From: a virus
Reading direction: 5' to 3' (one strand)
Virus record (IMG/VR): IMGVR_UViG_3300028833_000004
Length of the DNA stretch: 64,000 nucleotides
Within the stretch, counting starts at the first letter, position 1; every line of letters begins with the position of its first letter. The position numbers and the translations under genes are program-made. Shown piece by piece: positions 38,880 to 49,595 of the stretch. Below the pieces are notes generated by a model that was not told the origin of the DNA, did no database searches, and was given only the letters and a program-made list of their open reading frames with translations.

Positions 38880-41795
38880 TTATTTTTCTCTCCGCACAAT
38901 ACCCTAAATAAGCTACATCCTTATTAATCTTATAAATTTATCAAACTAGTCATCTTTAGAAAGATCTATATCATCTTTGGATCTGCTAGTAATAGTCAAT
39001 TCTGATCTCTTTGAGTTCGCAAATTCATACCATCCGATGCATTTATACTTAGGATTATTTGGGTAATGCTTAAAATCATATGTATAATTAAAACAGCTTT
39101 GGGATTCTTTAAAACAGATAGCAGAAATTAATATAGGAGGTTTCCCATCATTAATTCTATAAATTCCAACATTACTAAAATATCCTGAATCAGTGACTTT
39201 AATCGTCACGTCCTAATTATCAGTTAATTTAACTGTGTCTCCATTTTCTCCAACCGTTGAGCCATCTAGATTTATTACAGTTACGCCTTTTCCGTTTATA
39301 TTTATATAATAGTCTCCTGCAGTAATTTTTCCTAATATTTTCTTAGTTACTTTAGTGCTATCTTTATCATAATTATTTTTAATAGTTAGGACACGATCAG
39401 TATAGGTACCTGGATCAGATGCATAAAATTCAAAACCAGTTGAATAATCTACATTAACTTCACTTCCCATTATATCTACTTCAGGTTTTGCCGCTGATGT
39501 AGAAACAAATTGTAAAGGAATTTTATAATTTGACTGACCAGAAACAGGTGCATTTATTGTTGTGTTTAGGGCCATATTTAGGAAGGCAAACCAGGTATAT
39601 GCATACTAAACCCTAATCTTTATATCGAAAAATTGTTTTATAGAGGTGTTTGATGGATTAAATGTAAATGTAATTGGGGCATAAACTATTTTAAAATCAT
39701 TATAATTAATTATCTTTAAATTTTCTCCAGATACTGTAATATCAAATTCAGTACAGTCTAGTTCCTACGCATTACTTTGGAATGGAGATGCGATAATAGA
39801 CGGGTACGCGATAATAATTGGATTATATGTGCTCCTAATTGAAATTTCCACATTTGGAAATAAATAAGATGCACCTATATTAAACTCTTTTTTAAAAAGT
39901 TGTACTTTTATCGTTTTATAGCGATCAACTTTCTTAGGATCATATTCATCAACATTACCGTTGGAATAATTCCGAACACCACCATTTCTATCCTAAATAA
40001 AAACATTATTTGATTTAGGGCTAAGTTGCGTCTCAGTCTCATCTTTTTTTATCCAGACCTCATAACCACCTGCATCGGAGGTTAAATATAAAACCTGCTT
40101 AACAATATCTCCCCAGTTATTTTGCTCATCAAATAATTTATCTACTTTATCATGTTTGTTATTGTATATCGGAGTATTTAGAATATCCAAAAAATCAGAT
40201 CCCCAATCTACTTGTGACTAAATTAAATTTTTAACACGGGCCTCCATCAACCCAATATTACCCTAGTCTAAATTTATAGATATATTAGTTGGCATCCCAA
40301 TATTCTTAGGTATAGTTTTAAAAAATTCAGCAACTGCTCCATTTTCTCCACCTAAATTTATAGTGGTGTTATTATACTTTTCATCGAGCTGCATCTAAGA
40401 TGTCCTATTACCATAAAATCCGCAATCATAAGTAGTTTCACCACCCTATGTTCCATTTTCAATTATAATTCTAGGCTATTCTTCAGATGTTACATATGCA
40501 AAACCAGGTAAATAACCCACATACTCATTTGGATCTTTATATAATCCAAGCTAAGCGTTATATATGTTAGTATCTTGTGGTATTATATTATCATTTATAA
40601 TATCATAAGGATTTTCATCTGGATTATAAGCATTTAAATACTAATACTAAATATCGTCAGGATATATAGTAACATCTTCAGACAACTATATTAATGGATT
40701 GTATGAAAATCTCTGAATTCCGAGATATATCTTTTCACCATCTTTAGGAACATAACAATCCATTTCAATTTTACAAGTCAAATCGTAAACATTATTAGAA
40801 TCAGGAATGTTAAATGTAAAGCCTTCATTAACTTCTTTATATCCAACATGTCCCCCTCTATTAACAATACTTCTAACAGTCCATTTTATATACGTGTTAA
40901 ATGGATTATTTTCTGGGATAGTATCTGGTTCAGATTTTATAGTTATTATATAGTTATTGTCAGTCTTTTCAAAAGTCGGCTAGTTAATTCCAGATGTATC
41001 TTTTTTATGAAGTATATTTTCTGGAAGATTAAGTGATATACCAATACCTAATTTACCATTTGGAATATTAGGATATTTCTGGTATTGATCATGTTCTGGT
41101 TTGTTATCAGAACTAGTAGAAAACCAATAACTAGTTTCTTTTAATGGGGGTATCACAACATCTATAATATCTCCATTAGCAGTCTAGGATTTTAAAACAA
41201 CATTATACATCCCATCATTGTTGCATTTTCCATTCTCATCGAATGTAGAAAAGTATGGAAATCCTTCCTAAGATATCCCAAAGGTTAATTCTGTGCTGGG
41301 ATCTGAATATATAATTGGATAGAAAACATCTCCAATTTTAAGAATTTCATCAGAGAATTTGATAAAAGATTTAAGCTATCCGAAATATTGTTTATTATCT
41401 TTGACCTATATATTATTGTTTGATATATCTGTAATGTATGTAATTTGGTCTATTTCTTTGTTAGAAACGTCAGAATCATTAAAATCTGAAGTAATTAAAG
41501 GACTTGGAATAGTTCCCAATTCACAAACCCCATCTTTATTTAGTGATGCTATATATAAAATTCCACCATGCTCTTTCATACCTACGGGAACAAATCCATC
41601 AGATAATCCCATAACATTACCTGTTACAGAATCTTGGATCATTGTATTACCCATATCATTCTATAACAGCATTTCATTTCCATTAAAAGTTAAAAGGGTT
41701 GCATTTAAGGCATCTGATAAGGAATTTTCACTCTGAGTCAGTGCATTGCTGTCGGTCATCAGACCGTCTGAGAAAACATTTATGGTACTTTCCAT
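38880..41795 (-). CDS. Tail/virion structural protein (971 aa if all TAG are read through; possibly two or three products, see findings)
   Basis: ATG 41793-41795 to TAA 38880-38882, with no TAA or TGA between them. Track ORFs 41406-41654, 39993-40190, 39213-39575 and 38946-39209 are same-frame. The TAGs at 39603-39605, 39213-39215 and 38946-38948 sit where boundaries could lie. Confidence 0.5.
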
Positions 41796-42297
41796 ACTAA
41801 TTCTTTCCTATATATTCTGCTGTTTGTGATGTTAACTTTTCAGTATAAAATTTAAATCCACAATCTATTGGATACTAAATTTTCCAAATATGTTTATATA
41901 CTTTATTATGGTACAGCTCCTTAAGAATTTTTGTGGGAAATACATTTTTAAAAGTTTTTGTTTTTCCCTATCTTAAAATTTGTTTATGCTATTCATCAGT
42001 TAATCCTATATAATAACATCCATCCCACTTCTATTTAGTAAGAGTGTAAAGAACTCGCTCTTTTAATGAATATTTACGTATCCATCTTTTATAATGTGTG
42101 AATGTATCATATCCTAGCGGACCGGTGTGAATAACTATTGGATCATTTGTTTTTTTAATTAGTACATCTGCCCCATAAATATTTGAATATGCATATGCCT
42201 TTAAACCATAATCAATTATTTCTTTTAATTCTTTCTTACAAAGTTCCGGAAAATATTTTTGAAGTTCTTCTATATAATCTTTAGATTCTTTTACCAT
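41728..42297 (-). CDS. Hypothetical protein (166 aa to the TAG at 41797-41799; 189 aa if read through to TGA 41728-41730)
   Basis: ATG 42295-42297. Two internal TAGs are clearly read through, because a protein-like sequence continues beyond track ORF 42031-42297. The last TAG lies one nt before the next gene's ATG. Confidence 0.55.
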
Positions 42298-42734
42298 CCG
42301 ACACCCATATTAGTTAATTCTGTAATTCTATCTTTATATGGCTTAGATACATGAATTAATTTTCTTCTAGTTCTATATCTATTTTTATATCTAAAATATA
42401 ACTAGTATCCAGTAAAATTAGATGTTAGAAAATCAACATCTTCAAAAGCTCCATTTTGTCTAGCCCTTACAAAATCATCTCCTTTAATAGGAACCATTTC
42501 TATCCAAGCACCCTTATAAGGTAACTTAAACGTAGTTCTATTTTCAATTATATCTTTTATAACAATAGACATAAACTATGCAAATATTTTGCCTAAAAGT
42601 CTATATCTATTTTCTGATCCCAAAATTCTTGGATTAACACTTAGGGTATGATTATCAAAATAATTAATATATAAATCTTTTGGAGTTAATGCATATTGAG
42701 TTGCCCAATATATTCCATTTTTGACATCTACCAT
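42291..42734 (-). CDS. Hypothetical protein (147 aa with TAG as sense)
   Basis: ATG 42732-42734 to TAA 42291-42293 (7-nt overlap with the next gene). The frame was inspected; two in-frame TAG. Confidence 0.55.
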
Positions 42735-42735
42735 A

Positions 42736-42743
42736 CAAATATA
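42736..42743 (-). promoter_or_regulatory. Possible TAnnTTTG box (TATATTTG) abutting the ATG of 42291-42734
   Basis: Same TATATTTGTATG string as at 31847. Here the ATG of the motif is the annotated start codon, so it is either a leaderless arrangement or a coincidence. Confidence 0.25.
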
Positions 42744-42806
42744 ATATAATTTAATTATTTAAGAAATTAAAATATAAAAAATCTTAAAATTTAAATCTAT
42801 TTAAAG

Positions 42807-43508
42807 TTATCTTAAAGGTTTAGTAGACCTTCCATACATATGTCTATCATGAGAAGTCATAACATCAAGTATATCATTTAAATCATTTTGCGACATCGGC
42901 CGCATTCTAGCCTATGTACATTGTTTAAGCCAATCGGCTTTTAAAAGTTGAGCCATTTTTATTGTGTTTCCATCTTTAGTTGCCAAACCCTATCTATAAA
43001 ACCAACAATAGGCACAGTATGTAGCAATTGCCTCAACTTCAGACTCTGTTAAATATGGAAGACCATCAGAATCCTACATCTATTGTTTATAGAGGATATT
43101 TAGTACACCATAAGGTTCAGAAAAATAAAGCTTATCTCCCACCTAACGATATTTTACTAATTTACCTGGAATATATAAATTATTTTTAAAATGTTTAGAT
43201 CTCTCGATTTCCTCTTCTATAGGTTGCGCGTAGGCCAATTTATGATTATTAATTGTATCCACAGTTTTAACATCCTCAAACTGAGTTGTAACAGCCTCCA
43301 CTTCAAAAACATCACATGGAAGCTAAATTACCCAATTCTTATCACAATCTAATTGTGGATGTAGTTGAATTACTTTTGGCACAATATTTGCATTGCCGAT
43401 TTTTCTATAGGCATTTATAGCAAAGTTTTCAAAGGTATCTTCATCCAACTCAACTCCATATAAATCATATAGAGTACTTAATGCTGTATAAAATGGATAT
43501 AATTTCAT
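42807..43508 (-). CDS. Hypothetical head/neck-module protein (233 aa with TAG as sense)
   Basis: ATG 43506-43508 (ATGA overlap) to TAA 42807-42809. The frame was inspected. Track ORF 43323-43508 is the N-terminal fragment. Confidence 0.6.
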
Positions 43509-44182
43509 CGCGGTACCTAATTATTTGGCTAAGGCTGTTGATATAACTATCTATAATACTATATGTACTTTTTAATTAAAGTATCTTTAACTTCTGTATC
43601 TATCCAAGATTGATTGACATAATTTTCCAAATCAGTCTAACAACAGACATATTCTTCTAAATCTCTTAAATCCTTAAAAATAGCCTAAACTGTTAAATAC
43701 TCCAAAAATGGAGCATTGAAAAGATAACAATCTAATTTATTATTTTCATTTGGAGTTACATCTATATATACATATGGTTTATTACCTCCCCTAATTTTAT
43801 AAGAGTGATATTTAAAAACTGTGGGGTCTGTATATACTTTAAATTTAACTTTCTTATCAGTGGAACCTATAAATAAGATCGAAGCATCTTTTGCATCTAA
43901 GAATATCTGCGGAATTTCAAAATGAAGTTGTGGATTATGCATCTCACTATTACAACACTTTGATAAATCCTTACAATCTGTTTCAATACAATTTAAACTA
44001 TAATACAAATCTTTTTTAGGCAGCTGATTCTAGGCTGCATACTTTTTCATCACAAATAATCTAGTTTCTACAAACTCATCCTCCAACTATTGTAATGAAA
44101 TATTCATATTTGCGGTAAATCCCTCAAGACCTCCGACTATGCTATTATAAATAGCAGAACTAACTTTAGATAATACTCCCAT
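43505..44182 (-). CDS. Hypothetical protein (225 aa with TAG as sense)
   Basis: ATG 44180-44182 to TGA 43505-43507, which overlaps the next ATG as ATGA. Reaching that stop requires read-through of several TAGs, including the one that ends track ORF 43685-44008. Confidence 0.6.
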
Positions 44183-44194
44183 ATAAAAGAAATT

Positions 44195-44217
44195 GCGGGC
44201 GGATATTCTCCGTCCGC
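44195..44217 (-). terminator. Rho-independent terminator after the capsid-module genes
   Basis: 9-bp GC-rich stem gcgggcgga / tccgtccgc (one G-U pair) with a 5-nt loop, followed on the minus strand by AATTTCTTTT. Confidence 0.75.
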
Positions 44218-44235
44218 AATATTAAAGGTTTATAA

Positions 44236-45018
44236 TTAAGAATTCTGATCTACTGTATCATCCTCAGGATTTTCAGAATCACCTGCCGGATCTTCTTGAG
44301 ATTTCACAACAACCTCAGTAAAATCATCTGGAGTGTTAACGGCCTCATCAATAGCACTGGTTGCATTATCTGCTCCTAATGCCGTTTGTGCATTGACTAG
44401 AACTGTGTCAGTTGGAAGAGTATTTCCCAGATTTACAGTATCAGAATCGGCCTGAGCTATTGTATCAGTGGTTTGATCATGATTCTCAATTACGACTAAA
44501 TCACCACCAATAAGCTCCTTCAAAGCTGCTTCAAATGCTTCAGATGGTGATGAGGCTGTATCACATGTACAAGTATCATCTTTACGTACCCAGAAAACAA
44601 AGGTAGTCAAACTATGATCAATACTACCCATAACCTGATGGCCTATATGACGACGTTCAACAACTGTTTCAATAGTATATTGATCATACAGAGCTCCTGG
44701 AATTGGTTTAGCAAGATTATCTTGACCGTTATAAGGATTAACATTCTCCAATGTAGGAAGTTTAACATTATTGATTAGATATTCTGCTGTGCCAGTACCT
44801 ACAGAACCTGCATTCACTATAGTAAAAATACTTGTAAGTTTTGTAAACTTATTATAACCAGTAACTGCTGAACCATTGTTGGATGGAACATTGTTAAGAT
44901 CAAGAACAACGGCATCTTTAAAACGTACATAACGATCACGTCCCTCAAGTGTAATGATAGTGCCGCTCAAGCTTGCTGAAAACATCTCATTATTATTCAT
45001 TGAGAAAACTCGGAGCAT
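44236..45018 (-). CDS. Capsid-module protein (260 aa, TAG-free) with an acidic C-terminal tail; possible decoration or auxiliary capsid protein
   Basis: Intact ATG..TAA ORF with higher GC than the tail genes and a strong terminator immediately downstream. It is in frame with, and 5 codons after, the TAG that ends 45034-45399. Confidence 0.6.
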   Translation of the reverse strand: MLRVFSMNNNEMFSASLSGTIITLEGRDRYVRFKDAVVLDLNNVPSNNGSAVTGYNKFTKLTSIFTIVNAGSVGTGTAEYLINNVKLPTLENVNPYNGQDNLAKPIPGALYDQYTIETVVERRHIGHQVMGSIDHSLTTFVFWVRKDDTCTCDTASSPSEAFEAALKELIGGDLVVIENHDQTTDTIAQADSDTVNLGNTLPTDTVLVNAQTALGADNATSAIDEAVNTPDDFTEVVVKSQEDPAGDSENPEDDTVDQNS

Positions 45019-45033
45019 TTGATCATATACGCT

Positions 45034-45399
45034 CTAAGCAATCTGAGTATCAGTGCCTTCGCCCTCAAAGAAATATTCCTTAACGTGGTTTAAATATGCA
45101 TCATTAACTTCTGCCGAAATTCTTTCTGGATCTAAACCAAGTTTTAAGATTACTCTAACTCTATTTGAAGGAATGTTTGAAAAGTCTAGGGTAGCCTTAG
45201 CTTTAACCGGATGAACTGCACGTCTAACTGATGCAGTTATTATATCTTTCTTACGTAGATTAACCAGATTGTCTATATATAAAACTGAACCATCTGACGA
45301 AAGAACATATTTTAAATCAGTTTTTAAACTAGCACCGGTACCAGCTTTCAATCGACCCTTATTGTCGTTAATTATAAATTCTCTTGTAAATTGAAACAT
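45034..45399 (-). CDS. Small capsid-module protein (121 aa) ending in TAG; may read through into 44236-45018
   Basis: Intact ORF from ATG 45397-45399 to a TAG at 45034-45036. The frame continues as SVYDQ and then the ATG of the next ORF. Confidence 0.55.
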   Translation of the reverse strand: MFQFTREFIINDNKGRLKAGTGASLKTDLKYVLSSDGSVLYIDNLVNLRKKDIITASVRRAVHPVKAKATLDFSNIPSNRVRVILKLGLDPERISAEVNDAYLNHVKEYFFEGEGTDTQIA

Positions 45400-45426
45400 T
45401 ATTCAAAAAATTTAAAAGTAAAAATC

Positions 45427-46194
45427 TTATTTCTGAGGAACTGTTTGGTTGGTTGCAATAAAAGTCTGCAACCTATTATCCTTAGCATTTTCCAAACATG
45501 TTGTTACAATCTCCTTAATTATTTCATATATAACATAATCAGGAAATTCTAACTGTTGTGTTTCATCCTCAACCGAATCTAAATCATCTACACTCAAGCT
45601 CACATATTCAGGAGCTCTTAAGTAGTCTATATATACATGTTCTAATTCGTATCTAGAATCATTTCCAACTTTAATCTCCATAACAGGTTGTTTATAATTA
45701 CCATAACGGGTACCTGTCTATTTATCAACATCTTTTGTCGGCTTAAAGATTTCAGTTGGTTCATCTATATTCATTATGTAATAGTATGGCTATCTAACTG
45801 ATGGACGCATATAATAATTCGATATCACAGATGGCCATTTATTTGTATCTAATTTATGTGCCCCAACTTTAATTTGAGTTTTTTTATCACACTAATCATA
45901 ATCTGATGGTTTAAATACACATAAACAGTTTAAAATATGTACATAATCTTCAGGCAGTGAGCACTTATAATCTCCATTGGACCGTGTAAGACTAGGTGTA
46001 AGTTCCGTTGATTTTGTAAGCACTCTTAGATCATCTGTTAATTGCTAATTAACTTCAAATAAGTTATATCTCTTATTGAAGTATTGCTAAATGCACTTAT
46101 TAAACAAGTATACAAAATCATCCAACAATAATGCCGGAGCTTGTACCTTGTTTAATTCTATAAGCACATTTTCATATACGCGTCTTATTTGCAT
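45427..46194 (-). CDS. Capsid-module protein (255 aa with TAG as sense)
   Basis: ATG 46192-46194 (TAATG overlap with the upstream stop) to TAA 45427-45429. Five in-frame TAG. Track ORF 45427-45681 is the C-terminal fragment. Confidence 0.65.
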
Positions 46195-47042
46195 TATTTT
46201 TTATTTTTATCAGTATTCTTTTCTAATTCCGGGAAGGTTTCACGCTGAATTAATTGTTTAACCTGCACATTGTCCGGATTTGATAAATATGCTATAGCAG
46301 CATCAAAACTTGCCCCAAGAACAATATCATCAGTATAACAGATAAGACCGTCCCTCTTAGTTACCACTTTATTATCTAAAGCCGTAACAAGTAAAAGTCT
46401 AATGGCAGTACCACTTCCTGTATACAAATCTATGATTTTTTCTGGATATTTTTCGGCTTGTGTTAACATATAATCCTCAGCATCACTAGCATTAGATCTT
46501 GAGAGATCTTTCTCTAACAATTTAGCTTTTTGAATCCACCCTTCAAGATTGTCATTATAGATGAAGTTCTGAGCTTTGTTAACCAGTTTTCTAAAGTCAT
46601 TCTTAGTTTGGGAAATGATGCCCGGATGGTCTACATATAAATCAGCCAATCCAACAGCCTGTAAAACTACACCATTTTCTGTTTTATATGGCTTTGAACC
46701 ATCAATAACGTAATCACCTTTACTATTTTTAGCTAAGCGATCTGGAGCTATCAAACTTGAATTTTTAATTGCTTCCCATGTGGCTTTTTGAGTAGGAATG
46801 CTAAGATTAAAAGTTTGACCATGTTTAACTTCAATTAAATCATTACGGCCAATAAACACTTTTCCCTTTGAACGAGCTTTCTTATCCTCCTCAGAAAGGA
46901 TTAATACCCTATTTGCATCTCGATCTCTAACGCAATCTGGATAATCTCCAGTTTCAGGATCGATACAAGGTTGAATGAAAAATGACTATTCAGGTGTTCT
47001 GCTATAAACACTTTTTAAAACTATAATATTTGAATCTACCAT
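46194..47042 (-). CDS. Capsid-module protein (282 aa, one in-frame TAG)
   Basis: ATG 47040-47042 to TAA 46194-46196. Track ORF 46194-46859 starts at an internal GTG and the frame stays open upstream through one TAG. Confidence 0.65.
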
Positions 47043-47074
47043 ATTATTACATTAATTCATAAACATTTTATAAA

Positions 47075-47095
47075 AGAGGGGAAGTTATCCCCTCT
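47075..47095 (-). terminator. Hairpin terminator or attenuator after the major capsid gene
   Basis: Stem agagggg / cccctct with a 7-nt loop directly after the TAA at 47099-47101, followed by a T/A-rich run on the minus strand. Confidence 0.6.
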
Positions 47096-47098
47096 TTA

Positions 47099-48490
47099 TT
47101 AATTTTGCATCAAAATGCAAGAACGATAAGGGTTGTAGACTGCTACGCCCCAATATCCGCTCATAATAAACGATCCGCCAGCTACTTTGGTAGCAACTTC
47201 ACCACCACGTAAACCAACGCCTGTTACGGTATCCTCTACTAATTGTTTACCCTCTAAAGTAAACATTTCGATAGCAGGACGACCACTAGCTTTATCACCA
47301 GTAAGATCAATCAAAATACCATAACCTTTATCTTCGCCATATTCGAGACTCAATGCACGATCAACATGGATAATCAAAGTATTGCCACCAAACGTGTAAG
47401 CGTCGTAAGTAGCACCTGCTTTAATATTACCATTGGTCTGCTTTGACCAAAGATATGCACCGTCTGTCTTATTATCTGCTAAATATTGGCCAAGAACATT
47501 TTGTAAATCCATCCAAAGAATGTCATTAACGACAAGTTGGAAGGTATTACCAGTTGTATTCTTGCATTTTCTTGCCAAAGTTGTCAACATTGTGTTGAAC
47601 AACGATAAATCTAAAGTTGTGTAATTGAACTTGGAAGCAAAGCGATTTATTTGAGGAATGATTCCGTCGCCAGCTATGATCGGTCTACCCATTCTGTCAG
47701 TCAACGTTGAGCGGCCTTTCTCATCCATGGTACCATGTTGCCACAGCATACCTTGGTTACGAGTAGCCATGAAGGTGTCCAAAAGAACTTTCTTTCTTTC
47801 TGGCCATTCAAAAATCTTGCTTTGCCATTTACCCATTTCAGTACCCCTAGAGATCTTTATGTACATTTTCTCAAGAGCTTCGTATCTCGATGAGAAATCA
47901 ATGTCACAACGTATCTCTGTGATGTATTGCTGCATAGACTCGGCATTACTTTGGAATTTAACGAAACCAGTGTCATGCAACTCTGGTTTTGCACTACCGA
48001 TCCAACGAGCCTTCATACCTTTCTTGCAAACAGAAGTATCGAGAACTGCTTCACGATCACCACTCATAAGGCGAACTTGATACTCCCAATAATCGTCTGC
48101 ACGACGTGTCGGAGCTTCTACAACCCAACACATTTGTTTTGAACCATCGATCATGAAAGTTTCCTCAGCCTCAAACTCACGTTTTGTAAAGGCCATGGTA
48201 ATTTCAGAACCGTTCAAACCATTTTGTACTACATCATCTGCAAAATATGCGTACTGAATCTTATTTTGTTCAATATCCCAACTAAATGATAGTGAATCTA
48301 TTTTCTGGTATTTATCACTCTTCTCTTTGAGTTGATAAACATTTCCAACAGCCTCTGTTAAATATGAAGCTGTAAATTGCTCATAAGGTTCCATACGTGA
48401 CACTACACCCAAACGTTCTGGTCGATTGCCTAAGAATTTAGAAAAATCTTCGTCAGTTCTGTTATGTGCCCTTTCTGGTTTCTGAGTCAT
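47099..48490 (-). CDS. Major capsid protein (463 aa), crAss-like HK97-fold type
   Basis: Longest intact ORF in the track, TAG-free, with a TAA stop followed by a hairpin. GC is higher than in neighbouring genes. It sits directly after an acidic scaffold-like gene. The sequence resembles crAss-family MCPs as I remember them; this is not verifiable here. Confidence 0.6.
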   Translation of the reverse strand: MTQKPERAHNRTDEDFSKFLGNRPERLGVVSRMEPYEQFTASYLTEAVGNVYQLKEKSDKYQKIDSLSFSWDIEQNKIQYAYFADDVVQNGLNGSEITMAFTKREFEAEETFMIDGSKQMCWVVEAPTRRADDYWEYQVRLMSGDREAVLDTSVCKKGMKARWIGSAKPELHDTGFVKFQSNAESMQQYITEIRCDIDFSSRYEALEKMYIKISRGTEMGKWQSKIFEWPERKKVLLDTFMATRNQGMLWQHGTMDEKGRSTLTDRMGRPIIAGDGIIPQINRFASKFNYTTLDLSLFNTMLTTLARKCKNTTGNTFQLVVNDILWMDLQNVLGQYLADNKTDGAYLWSKQTNGNIKAGATYDAYTFGGNTLIIHVDRALSLEYGEDKGYGILIDLTGDKASGRPAIEMFTLEGKQLVEDTVTGVGLRGGEVATKVAGGSFIMSGYWGVAVYNPYRSCILMQN

Positions 48491-48513
48491 GAACTAAGCT
48501 ATAACCATAAATA

Positions 48514-49509
48514 AAATTAATTAAAAATATCATCCAAATTAAACGGATCATTATCCGTCTACAATGGTTTCTATTTTTGAACTACTTTAGTTGGAGCAGA
48601 GGATCCCCTTCTAGCTTTGGCTATTTCATTCTTAAAATAGTCCACCGTAGAATTAAAAGTGTCCTCTCCATACAAGGCAAACCATGCTAATTTAAATAGC
48701 GTCTTTGGATCTTGCAGTGCTTTGGCAAAACCACTCTAGCCTTGTGGATTATCTTCCAAAATGAAATCAAGGATTGCGTTTTTATCAGCATCTTCCAATA
48801 CTACACCCTGAATTTCATTAACATCTTCTGCGGCATTTATCATATTATCTACAAATACTTTCTAGGCTTGTTGACGCTGCTCTTGGGCAGAATCTTCCTA
48901 AGCCTTAATCATCTGTTCCTCTTGCTTTTTATATTGATCTCTTAATAATTGAACTTTTTTATTAAATCCATCGGGATCCTGTTTAGCTAACTCTATCTCT
49001 TTATCAATTTCCTCATCTGAAATATCCTCTCCAAATCGGCTGATTATATCAAAGGCATATACCTGATCATCTGATAAGGAGTCAATATCAGTCTTATAAC
49101 TTTGATTTTGAGCCAGATACTCTTTAACAGCCTCATCTCTCTGCCAGTTAGCAAAATCCTGGATAGACATATTGTTTTGACGAAGATAATTAAGGGTCTT
49201 AATCTCTTCATCAGTGATAGGTAGGGGCTAATCTTTTAAAATGTTATATTTATCATCATCCGATAAATCATCAAAAGAATACTCTTCAGTTTCCCCAACT
49301 TCATTGCTGAATTTAATTTTATTTTTATCTATACCTCTATCTTGCAAAAGACGAGTTAAATAATCCTAACCCTAATCTTGATCTTGATCGTTAGGAGTGT
49401 CATTTGGCTATTCAGGATCCTATTGAGCCTGAGTTTCTTGCGGATCCTACCCTTCTAGAGGATCCCCAAAGAGCATGTCATCGAATTCTTGATTAAAATT
49501 GTCTTCCAT
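48514..49509 (-). CDS. Acidic, Q/D/E-rich protein (331 aa with TAG as sense); putative scaffolding protein
   Basis: ATG 49507-49509 to TAA 48514-48516. About 11 in-frame TAG, several inside EG*DPQETQAQ*DPE*PNDTPNDQDQD*G*DY. The call rests on its position immediately upstream of the MCP and on its composition. Confidence 0.5.
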
Positions 49510-49534
49510 ATTAATTCATTTTTACATTTACATA

Positions 49535-49542
49535 CAAAAATA
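49535..49542 (-). promoter_or_regulatory. Bacteroidota-type -7 promoter box TATTTTTG (TAnnTTTG) for the scaffold-MCP transcript
   Basis: Plus-strand caaaaata, 25 nt upstream of ATG 49509 in an AT-rich gap. The extended similarity (TTTGTATGTAAATGTAAAA) to the 31847 box also supports the call. Confidence 0.55.
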
Positions 49543-49595
49543 ATATTTTTTTTAATTGTATAAAAACAATTTAGGATTTAAATACATTAATCTAA

